The notes under the pieces are model-generated. The model searched no databases. It was not told where the DNA came from and worked only from the letters and a program-made list of their open reading frames with translations. A stretch of DNA of 64,000 bases from Pristiophorus japonicus (lineage: Eukaryota). The position numbers and the translations under genes were made by a program. Location: contig NC_091997.1 in NCBI RefSeq assembly GCF_044704955.1, positions 65,720,001 to 65,784,000 on the forward strand, written 5' to 3'. How positions within the stretch are numbered: position 1 is the stretch's first letter; every line of letters begins with the position of its first letter. This document shows, piece by piece, positions 57,160-64,000 of the stretch.

Positions 57160-57269
57160 GACCAAAAGCTTGGTCAAAGAGGTAGGTTTTAAAGGAGAGA
57201 GGTGGAGAGACGAAGGGAATTCCAGAGTTTAGGGCCTTGTCAGCTGAAGGTACGACTGCTAATGGTGGA

Positions 57270-57515
57270 GCCCCAAGTGGAGGAAGGGCGCTGAGCACCT
57301 TGAGTCTTGTCGCCGAGAACATGCAGAAAACAAGCGCAGGCAGCGGAAAGAGCGTGCGGCAAACCAGTCCCACCCACCCACCCTTTCCTTTTTCCTTCAC
57401 GACTGTCTATCTCACCTGTGACAGAGACTGTAATTTTCATTCAGTCACCTAAGAACTCACTTTTAGAGCGGAAGCAAGTCTTCCTCGATTTCCAGGGATT
57501 GCCTATGAAGATGAT
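57270..57515 (+). mobile_element. RTE LINE 3' end
   Basis: Aligns by eye with 5160-5400; TVYLTCDRDC...HSVT region and ATGAAGATGAT tail. Confidence 0.7.
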
Positions 57516-57664
57516 ATAATTAGAGATGGTCAAGAGGCCAGAATTGGGTATTGGGGGACTGGAGGAGATTACAGAGATAGGGAGGGGCGAGAGCCATGGA
57601 GGGATTTGAACACAAGGATGAGAATTTTGAAATCGAGGCGTTTTTTAACCAGGAGCGAGTAGGT

Positions 57665-58102
57665 CGGCGAGCACAGGGGGTGATGGGTGAGCGGGACTTG
57701 TTGCGAGTTAGGACATGGGGCAGCGGGCACAGGGGGTGATGGGTGAGCGGGACTTGTTGCGAGTTAGGACATGGGGCAGCGGGCACAGGGGGTGATGGGT
57801 GAGCGGGACTTGTTGCGAGTTAGGACATGGGGCAGCGGGCACAGGGGGTGATGGGTGAGCGGGACTTGGTGCGAGTTAGGACACGGGGCACAGGGGGTGG
57901 TGGGTGAGTGGGACTTGGCGCGAGTTAGAACACGGGTCAGTGAGCACAGGGGGCGATGGGTGAGCGGGACTTGGCGCGAGTTAGAACACGGGGCAGTGAG
58001 CACAGGGGGCGATGGGTGAGCAGGACTGGGTGCGAGTTAGGACACGGGGCACAGGAGGTGATGGGTGAGTGGGACTTGGCGCGAGTTAGGACACGGGGCA
58101 GC
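57665..58102. repeat. ~56-bp minisatellite expanded inside an L2 ORF2 fragment
   Basis: About 8 units of GGCACAGGGGGTGATGGGTGAGCGGGACTTGGTGCGAGTTAGGACACGGGGCAGC; the minus strand encodes L2 VLTRxKSRSPITP. Confidence 0.85.
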
Positions 58103-58266
58103 CGAGTTTCGGATGAGCTGAAGTTTACGTCAAAGATTAGTCATTTTTGAAATCTTATTTTCTGCTGAAACTTGACAAGCCTGTTAAATGAGCTATTTGC
58201 TCTGTTGCCATGGCAGCTCAATGTTAATCAGGTGGCAGCAATGTTTGGGAGAAAGGGGGGCGGGCA

Positions 58267-58407
58267 CAAAAAAAAAACCAAAAAAGAAAAACACAAAAAA
58301 AAACAAAAAAAAGGGGAAAAAAAAAAAGGGCCTTGTAAATGTCTGGAGTGTCACCCAGGTCGGGTGGCACCGTTTAATGTTTTATGTTTTGCAGGTGAAC
58401 TCAAAAA
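58267..58407 (+). mobile_element. Short Tx1-like 3' UTR insertion in the FURIN promoter
   Basis: 15-bp TSD AAAGGGGGGCGGGCA (58252-58266 and 58408-58422); body homologous to the tails at 50.5-51.5 kb; poly(A) end. Confidence 0.75.
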
Positions 58408-59217
58408 AAAGGGGGGCGGGCAAGGCCCTGACGTCACTGCGCCGGCTGGGGGGGGCGGGGCTACGAAGACACGAAGTTGGGAACGAGGCGGGGCTACGAA
58501 GCTGAACGGGGCGGGGTTACGAAGGCAGGAACGAAGCCGGGGATCGGGGCGAGGTCTCGGGCTCGGGTGTTATTTTCAATATAATCAGGACTGTATTTGG
58601 TGCGCGCGGCTGACGCGTTTCCGGCGTGTACGCGCGCGGGGCCGGGGAGAGAGCGCGTGCGCGCGCGCGGGGCCGGGGAGAGAGCGCGTGCGCGCGCGGG
58701 GGGGGGGGAAAGGAAGGGGGCGGAGTTTAGTGTTGCGCGCACGCGCGGGGCCAGCGAGCGGACGATAATCGGAGCGGCGGCGGGCGGCGGCGAGCCTGGG
58801 CCGGCCTGCAGCCTCTCCCCGCCTCCTTCCTTCCCTCACACACACACACAGCCCGGCGCCATGGACAGCCGGCGCACCGACTGAGCGCCTCAAAGTCCGG
58901 CCCAACTTCCTTTCAGTTTTAAAAAATTTTTTTTATTTAGAATTTTTTTTACCTCGGGGGAACATCCCTGAGGGCCGTCCCGTGTGTGTGTGTGTGAGGG
59001 GGTCGGTCGTTTTCCCCCTTTTCCTCTCCCCACACACTCTCTGCTCCTGAGGGACAACCGAGGCTGACCGGCCGAGCCCGGTGCTCCCCCCGCCTCTCCC
59101 TCCGGCCGGTGAGCGGACAGCCTTCCTCCCGCCTGTGTGTGTGTGGGGGGGGGGGGGAAACGTGAGGTGACCGGAGCCGGAGAGCGGCGGGCGGCCAGCT
59201 GACCAGCGCGCACGGAC

Positions 59218-59394
59218 ATGGGTTGGGGGCCGGAGGCCGCACTCGCCCTCTGGACACTGCTGGCCCTGAGCGCCGGGCAGCAGGCGGCCGAGTCGCGCAA
59301 AGTTTACAGCAACACCTGGGCGGTGCGCATCGCCGGGGGCCGACGGGCGGCCGACAGCATCGCCCGGCAGCACGGCTTCGTCAACCTGGGCCAG
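59218..59394 (+). CDS. FURIN: Furin (PCSK3) first coding exon: signal peptide and start of prodomain; the gene continues beyond the window
   Basis: MGWGPEAALALWTLLALSAGQQAAESRKVYSNTWAVRIAGGRRAADSIARQHGFVNLGQ then donor GTGAGC. It aligns with the furin N-terminus (KVFTNTWAVRIPGG...ARKHGFLNLGQ) and has the same 59-codon length as the recalled human segment. Confidence 0.88.
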
Positions 59395-62300
59395 GTGAGC
59401 AAGGGGCGGGCGGGCAGACCCTGTCTCTCTCTCTCTCTCTCTCTGCATCTCACCTCAAGCTGCATTGCACTTCATTACACCTTGACCAAAAGCTTTGCAA
59501 ATATATCTGAGCGAACGAGTAACTTTTATTTGCACCGTCTCTCCCGTGCAAATTGCAAGGCATTTTTGTTTACAAATCCACCATGCAACAACAACAACTT
59601 GTCTTTTATATAGCGCCTTTAACGGCGCTTCTTCGGAGTGTTTTTAAGTCAAATTTGACAAATACATGAAGTGCAATGCAGCAAGTTGTCATTGTGGTGT
59701 CGGTATTACCTTTTTTAAAAAAATGCTGCACACTCTCTTTTTCTTCAAAGCGACATTTTTGCTCTTAGTTTCACCAAGAAAAAATTCATTGGAAAAACAT
59801 TGAAGTTTCAACACCGGGGGAAGCCGGTTCTGTCCCATTGTATTTGTCTCCGCCTTTCTCTCTCCATCGGGAGCGGGTTGCTCCCGTGTTGTTTACCCTT
59901 CAATACGCTCCGGATGATACGAACGGAATCCATAATAACTTTTAAACAGGGACTTTTTGACATTTGAAAAAATATATAATTAGAATGGAATGGGGCAAGG
60001 GAATGTAATTTGACTCAAACGATGGGTTGATTGGCTTCCGTGTGTGTTGTAACATTATCATTGATTCTGCTTCAAGTAGTCATTTGTACTGCCTTCTTTA
60101 TTATAATCCTTTGTATGAAACTTTTTTTAGTCTCCCCCAATTTGTTTTGATTTTAATAACGTGTCATTTAGTTATGGAAATAATTATAGCCGAGTATGAG
60201 TTCCATTTCTCTCTGTCCTTTTCTATAACTACCAAGGCGAACATTTGCTACGTAAAGAGGAAGCTGTGAGCAAGGGATTTCTGCAATTAATTGTGGTCCA
60301 TTTTAGAGTTTTTATCGTTGAGTCCTGGGGCTGTAATTCGGGATCTGCGTTGGAAATTGTCTCAACCCTTTCTGGTATTGCATCTGGACAAAAAAATGTT
60401 GTTGGTTCCCACTGCCTTTGTGCTCGTGTCCTACATGTTTCATCTACTGATTCTTTCTTAAGTGGCTTCCCTCACCTGCCCTTAAATTATGGATGTACAT
60501 TTTATTTGCATGTTCAGAATTTTAAAAATATGTCAGTCATAGTAGACTTGGGTTGAGGAGGGTGAAAGATAGTGGAAATTAAATTTTATAATGTGTGTCT
60601 GAATAGGCTTTGGGATCAATAGACCTGCTGCTTGGTTGGGTCTCTGGATACTAATTTGGAGTATGAATCATGTCTTGTAACAAGATAAGCCCTTGTATGA
60701 TTTTTGACTCCTTTTACCACTGTTAATTTTGCTGCCACATCGAATCTGTGAAGACAATGTTGTTGCATACTTTGCTGCTGTGTGTTTCCACTTGTTCCTA
60801 TCTTGTAATACAAGTGTGCAACAAATTAGCATTCCTGGACCTCAACAGAACTGACTTTCCCAGACTATGGGACAAAGCGTTTCACAGCACGGTGTATGGG
60901 TTACATACTTCTACATGTTAACTAATATTTAATACACCCGAGTTCAGTATTATGTTGTAGTTACAGATTTGGGGGTGTGGGGGAAGTTCACAAGTGAACA
61001 ATCCTGCGATACTCTTGCATACCATTTGAACTTCAGATTGAGTGAGAGATAGCAGGAGTTTGTCTGCGATTGTCAGGCAGAGAAGTGAATGCGAAACGCA
61101 GTAAATGCATCATTGTAACGTCAGTAAACTAAATGGAAGGTTCAGATGACAATCTAAACTACATGAGTTTTGCTCTTTTTTAAAAAAAAATCTCATGAAT
61201 CTGGGGAAGCATTATTGGTGATCCACAATCTCTCTTTACTTTAGCTGGTGTTGCCGCTCTGGAGACCTGTTTGGAGCGAGCAATCCGCAATAAAAGGGGG
61301 CAGTGAATCTGGCTCCACGGGTTTAGTTATAGATGGGGGAGCATGATGGCAGCTCATGAAAATCTTGAGAATGTATGTCTCTGGTGATGTTGGGTCCTCC
61401 TTTATTTTATTGCGGATTGCTATCAGCAGCAGGCGCATTTGGTCAAATAGCACTCCTGGCATTTTAGTTTGATGTCAGAGCTCCTTGAGTACAATAGTTG
61501 TTTGATTCCACTTGAGACTATTCCATACAGTAATTTTGTATTGTTTGTATGAAAACCATATTCATCATACTACTTCCTGCTGAAATAGTCAGCCTGCATT
61601 GGGGTTAAAGCAGAAATACTGTTGCAGCAGAAGTGGTTACTGATTAATGCCATCATTCTGTACCGTGATCTTGAACACCTGATACACCCTAAGGCAATTT
61701 GTTGGTCGTGCTATTGAGTCATTTCTATATAATCCAAACTGAGTGAGTAATTTTCAAGAGTGAGCTTAATGAAAAATTCAAGGGTTGAATTCTGCCCCAG
61801 GCTACATTTGACCTTTTCATAAAACACGACAATCACTTCTAATGGTTTGCTTTTTGCAATAGTAACGAGGAGGCCATTCAGCCCCTCGAGCCTGTTCCGC
61901 CATTCAATGAGATCATGGCTGATCTACATCCTAACTACATCCACCATTAATGGCTGCATAATCCCATAAAAGGCAGAAGCAAGACCCACAAAAATAAGAT
62001 CCAATTTGCAATAGTTCTCGCGGTTCATGTACAGATTCAGAATGTACCTTGTTTTTAAAGTTGGGCAATGGTTTCTTAAACACCACAACTGAAACACGTT
62101 AAATGATCTAGATCAATCAGTGCATTTAAAATTTATTCGAAGAATATATCTGTTTAGTTACAATTAAAGAGTAATGTTGAATATTTGAGCAAGTGCTTAC
62201 AAAAGTCTAGAAAACAAAGTTGTGACGTGAGGTGAATCTGATATTAAACTACGTTATCCATCTATTTGATTTGGTCAAAATATGATTTCTTAGCGAACAC

Positions 62301-62918
62301 CTTTAGTACTTTTCCATCAAAATGCTTGATGCATTGTTTTAGTACAACTATTCCTAAGCAATTTGATTAAAAATTTGTGAGCAGAGGTGAGGAAACATTT
62401 TGTTCCTGAATACGGCAGGATTTATGTGCCATTGCAAAACACCATTGCCTATTTATAAGGAAGCTTGCACCTGTTTTCAGCGTCAGGAATGTTTAAATAT
62501 TAAAGATTGGATATATGTGTGAATCCCTGTTAGTTGCCAGATGTTCTGAAGATTAAAATCTCTTGATTATACTGGATAGTTTTTTTTGGTGTGTTGGATC
62601 CAGGTAAAAATCCATTGGAGTTGCCCCATCCCACCCCTGTCTTTCCCCTGTTGACTCTAAATTGCAGTGTCTCGGACATGGTGCAGAGAAGCCCTTCAGT
62701 AACTTGCCCAAGTGTTTTTCCCCCACACAAAGCTCTACAGTAAGTGTCATCTGACAATTTGATGAGAATGAGGAAGTCATTGCTGAGATCGAATATTGGA
62801 GCACTGCAATTGAATTTGTGACTTGCTGGTCGGTATATCCATGTACATGCCCCTTAATCAAGTTATTTATTGAGTTATTGTGGAAATCCTGTTACAAGTT
62901 GTCTTGATGCTATTTCTT

Positions 62919-63560
62919 TGGGCCCAAGTTTCGAGCTGCGCCTAGAACGGCGCAGTCCCGACCTGGATGCCCGTTTTTTGCGCCACAAAGTGCGCCTAAA
63001 AAAACCCTCCAGATTCTCCACCTTCCTGCAGGTCCTCTGGCCCTCGGCGCAGCGCAGCAGGAGCTGTAGGGGGCGGAGCCAGGTCCCTGTGCTGAAAACA
63101 GTGCCGGGACCACTGCACACGCGCGCTACAGTGGGCGCGCATGTGCAGTAGCTCCAGGCGCCCAAAACTCTGTGGGAGGGGCCAAAGCACGCAGCCCCTG
63201 GCCGAATGGCCTCACTGGGGCTGCGTGGATCAGGCTGCCTCCCACGCTCAGCTCCTGCGTCCACCCGACCCGACTCGACTCCCGCTTCCAGCCTCCGGAC
63301 CGGACCCGACACCGACCCGACTCCCGCTCCCCCCCGCCTCCGGAACGGACCCGACACTGACCTGACTCCCGCTCCTCCCCCCAGCCCCTGGACTGGATCC
63401 GACCTGACCTCCCTCCCCCTGACCTGACCTCCCTCTCCCTCCCTCCCCCCGAGCCGACCTTCCTCCCACCACCCCCCCAACGCGCGCTCCCCCCGACCCG
63501 ACCCAACGCCACATACCTGTAAATCTGGTGCTGGGGACGGGCCCGGACCGTTCAGACTCC
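62919..63560. mobile_element. GC-rich interspersed-repeat-like element starting GGGCCCAAGTTTC (possibly a non-autonomous DNA element) in the FURIN intron
   Basis: Abrupt switch from AT-rich intron to CpG-rich sequence with internal (CCGAC)n microsatellites; the other end lies outside the window. Confidence 0.4.
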
Positions 63561-64000
63561 CTCCCCCATCTCCTCCCCCCCCCCCCTCCTTCCTTCCCCC
63601 CCCCCCCCCCACACCCCCATCTCCTTCCTTTCCCCCCCGTCTCCTTCCCCTGCTCCCCTGTCTCCTTCCCCCCCCCCCCACACCCCCATCTCCTTCCTTT
63701 CCCCCCCGTCTCCTTCCCCTGCCCCCCTCCCCCGTCTCCTTCCTCTGCCCCCCTCCCCCGTCTCCTTCCCCTGCCCCCCTCCCCCGTCTCCTTCCCCTGC
63801 CCCCCTCCCCCGTCTCCTTCCCCTGCCCCCCTCCCCCGTCTCCTTCCCCTGCCCCCCTCCCCCGTCTCCTTCCCCTGCCCCCCTCCCCCGTCTCCTTCCC
63901 CTGCCCCCCTCCCCCGTCTCCTTCCCCTGCCCCCCTCCCCCGTCTCCTTCCCCTGCCCCCCTCCCCCGTCTCCTTCCCCTGCCCCCCTCCCCCGTCTCCT
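63560..64000. repeat. C-rich tandem repeat, 27-bp unit CCCCTGCCCCCCTCCCCCGTCTCCTT(C)
   Basis: Ten or more near-perfect copies running off the window end. Confidence 0.92.

Larger units (their letters stand above)
58200..59420 (+). promoter_or_regulatory. FURIN CpG island and promoter
   Basis: Very CpG-dense; CRE TGACGTCA 58429-58436, repeated GGGGCGGGG boxes, NRF1-like GCGCGTGCGC sites, RFX-like GTTGCCATGGCAGC 58204-58217. Confidence 0.75.

Noticed and set aside
59218-59394. Alternative assignment to PCSK4, PCSK5 or PCSK6
   Set aside because: KVYSNTWAVRIAGG...ARQHGFVNLGQ and the 59-codon exon fit furin best, but with only one exon visible a paralog is not fully excluded.
58172-59448. Overlapping Arg/Gly/Lys-rich ORFs around the FURIN promoter
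   Set aside because: They arise from GC-rich CpG-island and poly(A) sequence. Only 59218-59394 resembles a known protein; the ORF's extension to 59613 is intron read-through.
62875-63681. 268-aa glycine-rich ORF on the minus strand
   Set aside because: It comes from low-complexity C-rich repeats and a GC-rich interspersed element in the FURIN intron.

Overview
Vertebrate genomic DNA, very probably a shark or other chondrichthyan, judging by the SacSINE1-like DeuSINEs, abundant CR1 LINEs and shark-type minisatellites. It holds three host genes, recognised from sequence and assembled by hand from GT-AG exons. HYPK is complete (minus strand, 4 coding exons, 10075-14121, 118 aa). MFAP1 is complete (minus strand, 9 coding exons, 21235-36025, 439 aa). 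FURIN is represented by its first coding exon (plus strand, 59218-59394) and CpG-island promoter. The rest is mostly transposon-derived: many CR1 pieces (one near full length), L2, RTE, a decayed Gypsy with a tRNA-Ser PBS, several solo LTRs with target-site duplications, and large minisatellites. The most unusual signal is at 50424-52168: six 5'-truncated L1/Tx1-type retrotransposon ends stacked at one 13-16 bp site (GTTGTAGAGCTGTTGA) inside an LTR-like repeat, a candidate sequence-specific element that targets another transposon. Also notable: two 33-bp minisatellites, one about 9 kb long with a ~1.58 kb higher-order period, that trace to one segment of a tRNA-derived SINE; and a related Tx1-like tail inserted in the FURIN promoter. 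Most long ORFs in the supplied track are repeat artefacts. TE family names come from recalled motifs, not searches, and TE boundaries are approximate unless a TSD is cited.
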